A stretch of DNA of 64,000 nt from Lingula anatina (taxonomy: Eukaryota; Animalia; Brachiopoda): contig CM120643.1 of the NCBI GenBank assembly GCA_051362555.1, positions 26,788,848-26,852,847 on the forward strand, written 5' to 3'. Below, piece after piece: positions 36,717 to 49,870 of the stretch. Positions within the stretch are counted from its first letter, which is position 1. Every line of letters starts with the position of its first letter. The position numbers and the translations under genes were made by a program. The notes below the pieces were generated by a model. The model worked only from the letters and a program-made list of their open reading frames with translations, ran no database searches and was not told where the DNA came from.

Positions 36717-39118
36717 GGGGAGGGGTAAATGAAATAAATCAGTAAGAATTACTTTATTAACTCAGAGAACAATGCCAAAAATACGCACAGTTCCTCTAAA
36801 GGTTGCATCGTAGGCTAGTAATAAAAAGGTCACAGTACCACAAGCGACCATCAACCAATTAGCGTGTTCACTTCCTGCACGACGCTGTCAGAAAACTAAC
36901 CACATTCTTCATATTACAGCTCCGGCACAGTGTACACGCGGGTAGATAATATTTCAGGATTGTAAGATTCCCATGTATCCTAAGACTGATCGACGGAAAT
37001 TTTAAAAGCACTCGAGTGTTTGACCTTCATATACAAACAATTTAATTTGCTTGAACATTTAGCTTTTCCCCCTGAATTACCAATTTGCACCGTATATAAA
37101 AAAAAAAAAAAAAAAAAAAAACGCTGTCGAATTTACTATTCATGAGCCTGCACTTGCGTTCTGTGTCTAAAATAATAAATAATAATAAAAATAATAAACT
37201 TTTCAACCCACTATCTTAATGAAGATTGAGACAGCGTTGATAGCAGTTACTATTAGAAATTTCGACATCGAAATCGTTTTTATAGATTGTAAGTATCTCC
37301 ACGGCGGTGTGTGTTAGTGACATGATGAAGAGAAAAATTAACGAACTTTTTAGAGAAATGAATTATACTGTATGTTCCGTAAAAAGCCTTAACGCGCTTT
37401 GTATGCGCTTAAGTTTCGTTAAGCCGCTCTTGCACCACCTTAAGTGAACCCCCTTTTACTTCTTAATCCAGTTACATGTTTACTTAGCGGCAAACTCAGA
37501 TTCAACAATTTTTGTCGCCTCGTTTTTCTCAATCACTAGCGAAAAGGAAAATCATTCACTGCGATACCTTCAGTTATGATTCTACATTCTTTGATTTTTC
37601 CCACCGGCGGGTCCAGGGTGGAGGAAAAAAGGTCTATATTGGTTGACTTCATATAAAAACAAAAGAAGAACTGAAAATGCTGAATGCATTATTTATAGAG
37701 CCGACGTTCCATCAAATTTCACGCTCGCCCAAGCGCTATCGAACGCATTTGATTTTTTTAAAGTGTCGTGAGACATTTCGTCTTGAAGCGATTGCCTTAT
37801 AACAGACTCAGTTTAAAATTTTTTGACATTTAACAATTGTCAACTATTTACAGCAAGTGTTTTCTTCAATCCAGCATCCTGTGTACTATTTCTTTTTGCA
37901 GTGACGTCTAGTTGATTGGGTCCCCCGATAAATTAGACCAGACGCCAGGCAAATGGATGTTGTCTGACCCTTTGGAGAATTCAGCTGTTAAAATAATGAT
38001 ATGACATTCAATTTACATTCGACTACCATGATAAATATTGAAGAGCTTGTGAAGGAGTTGATAAGACAAAAGAACTCTGTGTTCAACCAAGGACGTACTC
38101 CAAACTGGCGCCTCGTTCTGGGTTCTTATATTTCTGATGATTGGGTTCACTTGTCTCTCTTACTGAAAGTTTTTCTGTTGCCATTGTAAACAATAAACAG
38201 CGCAACAGGACTAATCCAGGCTGCTGTCAGTTTAAGTTTAAATAAATAACAGTAAAATAATAAAAAACGGTTTTCACAACTTCTGTTTTTTTGCGCACCT
38301 GTATTGCCGTCAATGCATAGGTCAAAATAAGGGATTGCAAAGATATATTCTAAAAATGCCAACTAAGTTTATTTCTATCCCCGACTTAGCGTACATACAA
38401 AAATTGAAACGAACAAGCAAACAAACAAAAACCATGCAAACAAACTCATATCCTGTTCGTAGGGATCATGAGCACTCTTGAAAGCCGAATTATTTGTCAT
38501 TTAAATCATTGAGTCAGATGAATAATATATAGTGGTGAGGTAACACTGGACAATTGTGTCACTGAATTATTGAATTCTTGAATATCTTCGATGAAATATC
38601 CAGCGTGGCAAGTGGCTGTATAAGTAGACCGCACGCCTGTGGTTTATTTCTATCCAAAGGTTACATGTGTACTACATGTATACTAGGAGCACGCTGCTTA
38701 ATTCATTAAGGTGAATAACATTGGCAAAAATCGTTCTGTAATACACATACGTATACACAAACATACACACAGAAACAAAGGTTCATAAATAGAGTTTAAA
38801 TAACAAACTGAATAGAGTTATAAGAAGACGATTGGATTTGCGCATGAAAAGATACATAGATAAATAAATAAATAGATAATGAATGAATGGATATTTGAAA
38901 TAATACCTTAAGAACAATCAAATGAATATAAACTTTTTAAAGGTAGATTTTGTCCAGATACTTAGTACGTTTAATTATAACTATAACTTTTGACTTATAT
39001 TTCTTTTTTAATTACAGTGCACTTCATGTTACCCAGGCGCTTAAGTCTATATTTCTTATCTTTCTATTACACGTCGTAGTGCATAAAGAAGTAAATCAAA
39101 TACATTAATAGCCCATTG

Positions 39119-40186
39119 CTATTGAATCGATTTTCTAATCGTACGACAGCAAGTACTGAAGTGAGCATTACACTGCCTCCTGAACGGTTTGCTAAGACCG
39201 TATAAAGTCAATGGATTCAGGCAGGAATTCATAAAAGATAGAACGAACCCCACACTCTTGAAGATATGCCAAAATGGCGTGTACGTCCCTCGGTGATAGT
39301 GGTACCATAAAAGGTAGATATGCCTGGGGATGGAACATATGCCAAACAGTACAACCAAGAACAGCACAATGGCCGCCATTTTCTTCCTCGACATTCTAAG
39401 ATTCCTCATGTAGCTGGTCTGTGGCTGGCTTTCGTTGCGCTCTTCTCCAGCGCGCTGTCTGAGAAGTAATTTCGCTATGGACACGTACGACCACAGTATG
39501 ATGACCATGGGGAAAATCAGATAGATAAACAGTCGCGCGGTGACGTGGAATCGCCCGTACCACGCCGGCCAATCCAAAGGATACGGCCAACACACATTCA
39601 TGAAAAAGCTCAAATCAGCTCTCCAGACTTGTATCACGTGGTACCCCACCATGTGGGGGACGCCAAATATGGCAGAAATCGCCCATATGGAAACAATGAG
39701 TATTTTCACTCTTAGAGTCACGGAACCGCTCACAACTAATGGTTTGTACATATTAACTGCGCTATTCCTGCGTTCCAGACTTAAAGCTGTCAGCGAAAAC
39801 ACACTCACACCCAAGGATAAAGTTTGCAAAAACTCGTTCAGCATACATACAACATCTCCGAAAGGCCATTTTGGAAAGGCAAATATGGTTGCCGTGAAAG
39901 GCACTGAGACAAGGATAAGCAAAAAATCTCCCACAGCCAAGTTCAGAATCAGTAACGTTGACACGTCCTTCTTCTGGTGCTTCCATATGACGGCTATCAA
40001 GCCGCCGTTTCCTGCCAACCCGACTAGAAATATCAGGCTGAAAATTATCGGTAGAATGCGCGCTTCCAACTCCAAAACACGCAGGCAAAGAGTGCAATTG
40101 TTTTCGTCGGTGGTGTTTTCGGTGGTGTTAATCAACAGGTTCATGGTCGGTTCCATGATACGCTTAAATACATGTACATTTTTCAC
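39119..40186 (-). CDS. Class A GPCR, bombesin/GRP/CCHamide receptor-like, single coding exon
   Basis: 355-aa ORF (start may be the second or third Met). NLAVGDFLLILVSVPF, WPFGDVVC..NEFLQTLSLGVSVFSLTALS, CWPYP in ECL2, PRHIY..W in TM6, LSFMNSCLNPLTLYGLSKPFR; N-glycosylation sites in the N-terminus. Confidence 0.88.
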   Translation of the reverse strand: MKNVHVFKRIMEPTMNLLINTTENTTDENNCTLCLRVLELEARILPIIFSLIFLVGLAGNGGLIAVIWKHQKKDVSTLLILNLAVGDFLLILVSVPFTATIFAFPKWPFGDVVCMLNEFLQTLSLGVSVFSLTALSLERRNSAVNMYKPLVVSGSVTLRVKILIVSIWAISAIFGVPHMVGYHVIQVWRADLSFFMNVCWPYPLDWPAWYGRFHVTARLFIYLIFPMVIILWSYVSIAKLLLRQRAGEERNESQPQTSYMRNLRMSRKKMAAIVLFLVVLFGICSIPRHIYLLWYHYHRGTYTPFWHIFKSVGFVLSFMNSCLNPLTLYGLSKPFRRQCNAHFSTCCRTIRKSIQ

Positions 40187-43179
40187 CGTACTGTTTTCGC
40201 AAATTCCAAGTTGTCACTACTCACTCCATTCTCAGTGTTACTTTTCTGTGAAATTTACCATCACAGATTCTTGACTATGTCTTACATATAAAGTATGCTT
40301 ACCACTGTCAATGTAACTCGTTTGAAATTATCAGCATCATCCCAAGGCAAAAACTCAGCGCGTTTTCCTCGAGAGAGCAATAAGCATGATGAGACCAGAT
40401 TATCCCCTGGTACTAATGTCATCACGAAACTTTCAAGTCACCAATAAGATCAAATCAATTTATTACATACGTCTTGTACTCTACTTCACGTGTAATTGGA
40501 GGCGTGGATACCCGCTGAAATCCGTTTCCGTAATTGCCGTGCAATTTGCAACTGGATTAGTATCCCTCCTAAGAAGCTCAGATGAAAAAGTCTGGTTCTG
40601 AAAAGGGCGAGTTAGGTTGCGTCCTGAGCTCATACAATGTATATAAATGAGACGCGAGTTTTGCATTTCACTGGCTGCTGTTATTCTTTTGAAGACTTGT
40701 AGATTTCGATTTTCCTTCCTATCTATAGCGTTGTCTCCAGCGATGGCTTTTATGGAAACCTGCAAGATTCCTATGAGTCTTCAGAACGCTGACAGGACCA
40801 AAAAGATGAGAAAAATGAAAATATTTCCTTGTCAGCTTGCTCCACTGTATATAGGAGTTCTCCGTCTTATTATACAGACATAAGTGCGTGTTTTCCCCTG
40901 ACGCTATCCTCATCTCTAATCCAGCGTTACTAACACTGATTGAATCACCATGCCTGTTGCGTTATTTCATTAAAGGCAATGTACGCCACCCTGACTGTAA
41001 GAGGTTACCGGGAACTACACAGGCGTGCTGGTTGTGGAACTGAGTTCCCGATTATATCTAAAACTCAGGGTGATGTATGACAGCTGTAACCGCAAATGTA
41101 GTGGTTCTGGCTCTGGTTACCCTGAGTTTCAGAGCCTACCGGAAACGACACAGGCGCCATGTAGATGATAGGGGCGAGTTTCTAGCAATATCTGAAGTTA
41201 AGGGTGCAAGTCTGAGTGATGCAGATACAAATGATAATTGGTAGTGTGGGCACTGACAAGAAATTCATTTGGAAACATTATTGTCATACGGAGTTGCTGA
41301 TTAGGAGGGAAAATGCTATGAACTTTTGCAATGGAAAATAAATGGCAAATGGATGAGATAATAATTGCCTTTTTTATTGAAATCATATTAATTACAGAGA
41401 CCAATTATTGTTTCCGAGTTTGTTGTCGCCTTAAGAATATTTCTACGAAGGCGTTTCAGTTTTGTCGTCATGAAGCAGACGCAAGAGAACAAGCCGATGT
41501 ACGTCATAGATGTCCATTGGTTACATGATCGCTGTGTGGGCGGCGTAATTAAGTGCCTCTGTATTACATAATCCGCGGCATCGAGACGTTAGCGTTTGAT
41601 TTTTTTGGTCTGTTGCTGTTGTTTTTTTAGTCTGCAATGACTATAGAACAGTTCTACATGAAAGCAATGATTTCAATGCAGTATGTAAAAGAACTGGAAA
41701 AGTTACTGCATGTACCCTAGTAGAACAATATCTTACGTTGATGCAGTAACGAAATTAGGACTGACACAGGAAGATTCGATTACGATGTCTGGAAAAAGCA
41801 CCGGAATCAAGTTTTCTGCTTCAATCACAAACGCTCCATTCAACGCTTTTCCTCTGATTTTTTTTAAATCAGGCTATCAATAGCTCAAGATGTGGTCATG
41901 TCCGTGTGCGTTAATTCCAAGAACATTTACCGCCGATAATCTTGTTGTTCCTGCCAAATGGAAACACTACACAGAAACAAATCGACATATTAGTTTCTGA
42001 TAAACCATCCATCTCGCTTATGGCACTTTTTGTCTTGCCAAGGCAATCAGAGTAATGATGGTATATTTAATCATCGGTTCACTCACTTCCAAGTTCGTTT
42101 ATGTTACAAGTCTTTGCTATCACTGGAACAGTAGTATCCGATATCAGCCGGATCAATGACCCATAGACAAACAGGATAACGGTCACTGACCGGGGTCAGC
42201 TTCTTAATATTCCCCGTAGATGTCAGCTGCAATGAAATGAGGCAATCCTTTGAAGTCAACTGGGACATCCTGGAGTTTCTCACGGTTCGAACCTTGACGA
42301 TCTGTTTCACAATACAGCTTAAATGAAAAATGGAATGAACTACAGTGGATCTTAGCCGACTAAACTGAAAAAAAAAAAATGAAAAAAAAAATTAGAATAA
42401 GAATAATAAACAAACAAATAAATAAATGAATAAATGTCCGCTGCCTCCTCCAGATATTTTCTAGAATAAATTTTGTACGTCTACGTGTATATTAAGGGTG
42501 AGCCTTTTCAAAAACTTCAACCGGTCATGACACTTGCCTTCTATGATATGTGAATCCAACATGCACCGGTATCTACATAGTCATCATCATGAATGGTCGT
42601 CGTTCTAGATCTAAATTCTACGTCTGTGCATCCTGTAATGGAAGACGAATTAAAACCTTTTTAAGAACTACTCCAGCTTGAATCAAATAACCATTTATAT
42701 ACATAGTTATATTAAATAATTTTGAAAGGTTTATTTAGTTTGGAATAGAAAATATTCATATTATACATGTATGTCATATGGAATTATACAGTTCCTGCGT
42801 GTTATCCATTATGTTGTTACATTGTATGACGAATCTAAAAAAAAAAAAAAAAAAAAAAAACAATGAAGAAAAACGGATGCTATTCAAGTTTCGTATTCAA
42901 ATGCAAATGTTTCTTTGTAATTCAGTCATACTGCGGTAAGCGGAAATAGGATCTCACTGTACATTTTCTTTTGTGAATATCGACCGGCCATTTATCAGTC
43001 GATTAATTGTGACGTGTAAATGCAACAACTGCATGGAAATGAATGAACAGTACTGATGTACTATCGAGGAAATCATTTCGCGCTGAATTGTTTTTTATTC
43101 TCTGATACCTGTGAGATCTATATTTAGTGCTGAGCACGAGGGTGGTCCACATATCACTTGTACCAGGGACGCAGATTAA

Positions 43180-43476
43180 AAGTATAACGTATGATATTCA
43201 GAATTCTACAATACATACATTGTAGACAACACACAAATATATAAAATATCCATTTTACCACCAAAACGGCGGTTATCACATTTATTCTGGAATCTGTGCT
43301 TGTCATCAGATCACGTGGACCTTCATATATAACTACCCTCATTAATAATCTCTTCTAACTTTGCATGTCGAAACGGATACATATACCACTGGAAAATATG
43401 GGGAAATCGTCATTTACCCCAAGAAATTCCGTTTTATGGTACTTTTTCTGCCAAATTGAAGAGTTGTTATCCCTTA
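43180..43476. mobile_element. Degenerate copy of the TTAA (Kolobok-like) MITE
   Basis: shares ttttaccac...gtgcttgtcat..gatcacgtg...tttacccca.gaaa...gaagagttgttatccctt with the 58210 and 44986 copies. Confidence 0.65.
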
Positions 43477-44250
43477 AATTATGTGCACTTTTCCCCAACG
43501 CGACATTTATTTACCATAAATTAGCCAGAGACGTACCTGCAAATATCTAATAGGAATCTATCTGTGGCCCTGGTAGTGGACATTTTATTTATACCTTGCT
43601 ATCTAGTGGCTGATCTGACATTTAAGCGGATTGAGATGAATAATATACTGCTTGAAAAGAAATAGACTTGATTTTGGATCTAAAGCTTTGGCCATTTTTT
43701 TTTTTTTTTTTTGCGCTGTGGCCCTTTTAAATATTTGAATAACCGGCCGCTGGACTTGTAGGCCATATGTTATAAATATTTAGATAAATAAATGTATATA
43801 TAAAAAGAAATAGAAAAATTAGGGTTGTTTTAGCATATTCATATATATCTCCTACTGCAATCAGGTTGTCACTCTTGATTTTTAGCACATATTAATGATA
43901 GTGCACACTGAAGCTTAAAGGCGCACGATGCACGTTACACTGAGTTACATGTAGAATAAACCAAGAATTTGCCTAGAAATTCAAGCAATGTCACAGAGGT
44001 ACACCCCATCCAAAACTGTGACTATGGTATTTCAAGAAAAGTCAAAATGTTGCTAAATACACTGTAACGATCTAAAGCCCGTTGGGTGCATAGGATGGCC
44101 CGTGTCTCTTAGTGACTTACGATCTAGTATTCTAGATATAGTTATTTCCAATGTTGTACTAGTATATGAGCCGGATGAAATCACCTTGAATTTCAGGGTA
44201 CACTGGAAACTCTCCTCTACATCAGCATAACCCTGCTGTTCTTGGACTGG

Positions 44251-44464
44251 GTTCCCATAGATTTAGATTGATCTATCCGGATCGACCTAACTCCTTGGGG
44301 GTTCACGCTAAATTGCTGTCAGGTTCCGAGAGCCGAGCGCGCACAAAAGTTAATTACCCCCTTACAGCTTTTAGCAGGTGGGACAGACATTTAAGCCGGT
44401 CAGGCTGACACCAATCTAGTGAGACTCCCCAAGGGATAGATCGATCTAAAAATCTATGGGAATG
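44251..44464. mobile_element. Fully palindromic MITE, family copy 2
   Basis: ttcccatagattt...ggatcgacctaactcc...cgctaaattgc...aagccgg...aatctatgggaa. Confidence 0.75.
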
Positions 44465-44985
44465 CACTTTTAGTAGCACCCCGAGGCTCAGAGATTAATA
44501 AAAACTCACCTAAAATTTCAAGAAGTCTGTCGTTTCTAGTAACACCCTGATTTTCAGAGGGCACTTAATCGATAGTCCCCTCCATTAACAGCTTGTCCCT
44601 GACGTCTCAGGTTGCAAAACAAAAAGGTTCAATTACTGGAAAAAAAAAAAAAAAAAAAAAAAAACATACTCAGTAAAACTTCGCTTCAAACAATCACAAA
44701 CGGATTTATTGAAAGACATAAATAATGTGGTAAAAAGCTCTTAAAATTCTTACTAATGGGTAACAGTGCCTTTAAAAGATTTAGGGTGGATATATTATGC
44801 ACTACAATATCCGACAGTGATAATTGGTTATTGATCTCTGATAGTGTCACCGTGTCTTATGCCAAGTCTGTGCACTACATTGTTCGGGTAATGAGAATAC
44901 CGCAAAAAGACTCACGATCATGGAAAACTAAAATAAAAAAGCGTTTGTTATTATATACGTTTAATGAGCCGATGCATGAGTTTAA

Positions 44986-45316
44986 AGGGATAATAACTCT
45001 TCGTTTTGGACAAAAATGAACTTTTCTGGAGTAAACAACAATTTTCCTATACTTACCAATGGTTAATGAATTCATTTTTACATTCAAAAATAGTCCCTGG
45101 TTTTTTTCAGTTTGGTTTTTGGTTAAAATCTCTTAAGAGATTATAACAGAGTATAGCCATCAATGGAGGTCACGTGGTCTGAAGACAAGCTCAGATATCA
45201 GAATAATAGCCATAACTGTCGTTTTTGTCATACAACAGAATATATTATATTTCTATGAGTTATTCACAATGTTTTTATTTTGAAATACAGACCTCATACG
45301 AAGAGTTATTATCCCT
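44986..45316. mobile_element. Non-autonomous DNA transposon with TTAA TSD (Kolobok-like)
   Basis: ttaa|agggataataactcttcgt ... acgaagagttattatccct|ttaa, a perfect 19-bp TIR. Confidence 0.85.
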
Positions 45317-48300
45317 TTAAGTGAGTACGAAGGTAAGTGCGATGATGTGCCTTGTCAGTGTAATAATACTAATACACTGTACGTACTAGTACAGGTATAT
45401 CCATCTTAAAGTTGGTCTGTATAAAGATCCCACGTTTTAGCTCTTCCACTTTTAACTCTTCCGTCTACCATGACAAACACGGTGGGTGATACGCCTTTCA
45501 TGAAGACATTTTTGGGAATATACATGTAGAATAGCGGACTGTTAATTGGTTCTTTTCAGGCTTTTTTCATATATTTAAAGAAAGTTAATGACTCGTATAA
45601 GAAAGTTAATGACTCGTATCTTTTGTGTAGCTGATTTTTTTGTGTGTGCTTGTGTGTGTGTGCACGCCTGCCTCTGTATGTGTTTGTGTATCTATATTCA
45701 CTGTGTGTGTATACACAGTGCATGTGTGTGCATGTGTGCGCGCGCGCGTGTATGTATGTATGTGTGTACGTCAAGAGTGTGCGAAATCCTGTCTTAGATG
45801 ATCTTCACTGGCTTTTATTTCGAAATATGAACTGATGTCTGATTATTAAGATCAGATCGTTGCCTTTCTCTCCACACACGTGGCCAAGCTTGCTTGCCTG
45901 GCGTGACGTTCACTGGACCTTTACTTCCGCGAATCGGACGCCTGCGTGAGTCCATGACTGTTAATGGAGGCATTACATCCGCGTCTGGTGCCAGAATGTC
46001 GGTGGAGGACCCTGTTCACATTTAGTATATTTCGCAGATACTTTGGCGGACCTCTGTCAGGTTCTAAAGCTCTATAACAGGGTGGGGGAGGGTGGGGGGG
46101 GGGGAGGAGGTGTTCTCCACTTCACTAGTTCTCCTCACGTTCACGTCTTGCTGTTAAGTTCATTACTTGGCCGTGTCGAGGGCCGCGGCTACGTTTAGGT
46201 GACACTCTTACGTACAATAACCAGGCTGTAAAGTTACCAATCTTTTACAGTGAACCAATAAAGACCGTGTATTAAGTGAACCCTCTGATACCAGGGACAC
46301 ACTTTAATACTATACAAAATCACACTGCTTTTCACCGTTTTTATAGCAGACTTCTAGGGCACCCTATGGTCACAGGGTACATTAAGTGTGTTCCTTGATT
46401 TGACAAGAACCTTAATGGAAAGCTGCTGGTTCAGAAGATGAAATTCTTCTTTTTCCTTAATCAATATAATCTATTTTTAGTACATTGTATTTCGGCATTT
46501 TAGTCACTGGAACTCTCTATGCAAGGATTTCTACAGGTATGATTTCAGCCGACATTTAAGGTTCATTAAGAATCGTAAGAGTCTTTAACCACACTATTCA
46601 AGACCGTTTGTGACTGTTTTGAAGCGGATCTTTACTCAAAGTGCATGTATGGTGACATTGTTATCTGTAATACAAACTACTGCAAGTTAATCGTTCATAA
46701 AGGCTCTGGCATCAACATCCAAAAAGTCTTACGTGTACATGATCCTCTATTCGACTTTAGTAGCCTTAACGGAATAAATACACGTCATTTTTTTTTTCAT
46801 ACAAAATCCCGGATCTTATTATTGACGCACGTATGAAAATACACTGTATTCTGTGAAGATCTGCTAAACTGGTGTCATTTAAACAGTCCAAAGTGACAAA
46901 AACGAGAGTCACTATCAACACTTCTCTTCGCCCTGCTGACCAGAATAACTGCTTAATACCACCCGGCACATTGTTTACTTCCGAGAATTCGATACAAAGT
47001 GCATGGAACCCAGTGAATAGGAACTCGTCCACCCATTCATATATCTGAGGGCAAAACATCCGCTTTTGACCCTTGTGACATTTAGAGCTGATTCACTCAG
47101 AAATCAGTCAGGTGTGTGAAGTATTTTCTTTCTTTGGTGTCAAGTTTTACCGATGACCATTGTTAACGTGGATGAACCCCTCATCATATGAACTGTGGTG
47201 CGAGTTAAAGTGCCTTAGTCGGTCTTGGGAAATCCACGCGGTAAGTTACGTTCTTTATTATTTTTTGGTCTTACCCTTCGTAGATTTTGCTAAGGCGGGG
47301 CACGATGGTTAAAATATAAATATACGAGGCCAATTTAACTGCAATAGACATATTGCTGAATTATTTGTGAGCTTTCTCTCGTGTCGATTTTTTATGCTGG
47401 TTTTGGAGAGGCATCGAAATAGGAGAGAAGGGGGTGTCCCGGACGGTACTGGCAAGGAATGTAGGGGGGGGGGGGGGCTATGTGACACAATATCTCCACC
47501 ATCTACTAATATTAGCTTAGCTGCTAGTAAATGTAGCTCGTTTATGCTGCATTGTGTCTTTGAATCAAGAGGTGTTTTTAAGTTAGGCGGGTCCATGCAT
47601 ATAACATTGTATTTGGCACTATCATTGTTGTTCAAGTGAATTATACACATCTTTAGTATATATAAGACAGCTAGGCTGAAGATATTTGCTGAATTGGTAT
47701 TATATGCAGTTGTAAGTGAAATCTGATTTTTGCCCGTAGCACCGTGTGCTATCCACGTTTTCTGTTATTTACGGATATCGTAATGAAGGGTGCTGAATCG
47801 AGGCTTTTAATTCGGACTACATACATGTAGCTTATTGTCAACCTACCGTCATTTTTGTCATTTTTATATGGTCTCCTTGTGGTGGGGTGTTTGGGGTGGT
47901 TCTGGGGGTGTTTGCTTCGAAGTTAAGGGATATTCGTCCCCGTATACTTAAACGCGTCAACCTAAAATACAGGTAGGCCTACATGCTTGTAGAATACCTG
48001 TTCCCATAGTTAAGTACTGACACATTGACTAGCAGTGAAATATTTACTAAAGATACTGATCTCTTGTCAGTATGACAATAGCTTAGGTACAGCGTCAGCG
48101 ACGGACATACTGTAGACTGCTTTGTGGCTAAATGAATAGTCTTTTGTGGGAATGAACAGAATGGGGGATCAAGTTAGCTACTAAAGCCCTCTTTTACCAC
48201 CCCTCATCATCATGTATATATTGCTGGGGTCTATTGAATCCATGCAATGTTTGTGTGTGCTAGCGCGTCTCTCTATCCCCGCCTCTCTCTCTCTCTGTCT

Positions 48301-49870
48301 GTGCGAGCGTTCGTTTCTTCTTTTCACTGGTTTCTACTCACTTTTACTTCATTTTAATACTTAAGTTTACATTAAACGTGCTTCAAAATACCTTCAATTT
48401 GTATATATTACATTAAAACTCAATGACTGCTCCTATCATGCATTCCCGATGAAGTCATTACTATATACTAGTACCGTCTTTACGGCACAGTGGCATGGGT
48501 CATGTCGTGGTCGATCTTGGGCTGCGTTCACAATGACACTATCGTATTAGGTAGTTTGAACTAAAGGACATTACACTCGGCGGGGACTGTCGTACACTAG
48601 ATTGTTTAAACTTACATTGTACTCCACGGGAACTCTTGCTGAATGCAATCAGATTAACATGCCTCCTCCTGGTGTTGAAAATAACACCAAGAAGCTGAAG
48701 ATTATACCAGCACGTTGGAAGCAGGAGGAGGCGATTTAATTTGCCAATCGGATTGCATTCAGCGAGAGTCCCCATGGAGTAGTTCGAACTACCTATTACG
48801 ACAGTTAAATTGTGAATGCACCTTCAGACAACCTAAGTTTAGTACGTGGTTGAGCCCACCTTATTCATCTATTTATTTATTCATCTTGCTTGAATGGGTT
48901 TTTTTGCACTTCTACGTGTTATGTGAGCTTACATGGTGTAAAAACATGAACAAATATATTTGATACCTTGATATAGTGTCAGGCAGGCCAGGTTGTTTTT
49001 CTATCAACAAATCCCGTTAAGCAAACAGTGTAACGTATCGTAATTCTGAAATAAACTTCTTTTTCCACGAGGCAGCATCTATTTATATTCCATAGACCTC
49101 AGAGATTAGTCTGGTCTGGTCGCGACACATTCGAGTGGCAAATCGCCAGGGGTGACCAATTTACTTGTTACTACTATCATAATTCCATGTACAGGTTAAA
49201 ATTACCATAATTTTCAAAGGCCTCTGTAATATTAGTTACGCCTGGAAGGGTGTTATATTTGACAGCTTATATAACAGTATAGGGGAGCGGTTTCATGCAC
49301 ACATCATAACCTTGATCTTATGTATGCGCACGCTAAAAGCAAAACCTCGTAAAAACAAGATACTTTACTTTTCGATAAAGAAGACTTGTGATATCATGGT
49401 GACATGACCTAGTCTCTGTTGTGAAAAAAAGGCGCTCTATATAATATGCTTTAATATAAATACGATGTAACCGCAGGCACGAGAGAAGTGGTGTATGTGT
49501 GTTTGTGTATGTGTGTGTGGAGAGAGGGGGGTTAGCCCCCATTTTTACAGCAACGCCAGTCATATGTGCGGGTAGGGGGGGTTATTAGGGAAATTCCCTC
49601 CCGTGTCTGTCGCTTACCCCAACTCCCACTTAAATACTACCAGTCGTATGGTTTCTACACGGTATGCACATGTTGTAGATGAACTGCGTATAGGTAATAA
49701 GGTGAATGACATTTTTTTTGCGTAATTCATGTTTTTATTTTTCATATATCTGAAACGTGGTTGTTTACAGCTGGGCCCAGACATGTTCCTCTTTATACAC
49801 CGCATATCCCATTTTAATACGATTTACAATATAACTGTAATTATTGGATGATACATATTATTTAACAGTA

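Noticed and set aside
39540-40274. 244-aa plus-strand ORF
   Set aside because: Antisense shadow of the GPCR coding sequence, with no independent domain or splice signal seen
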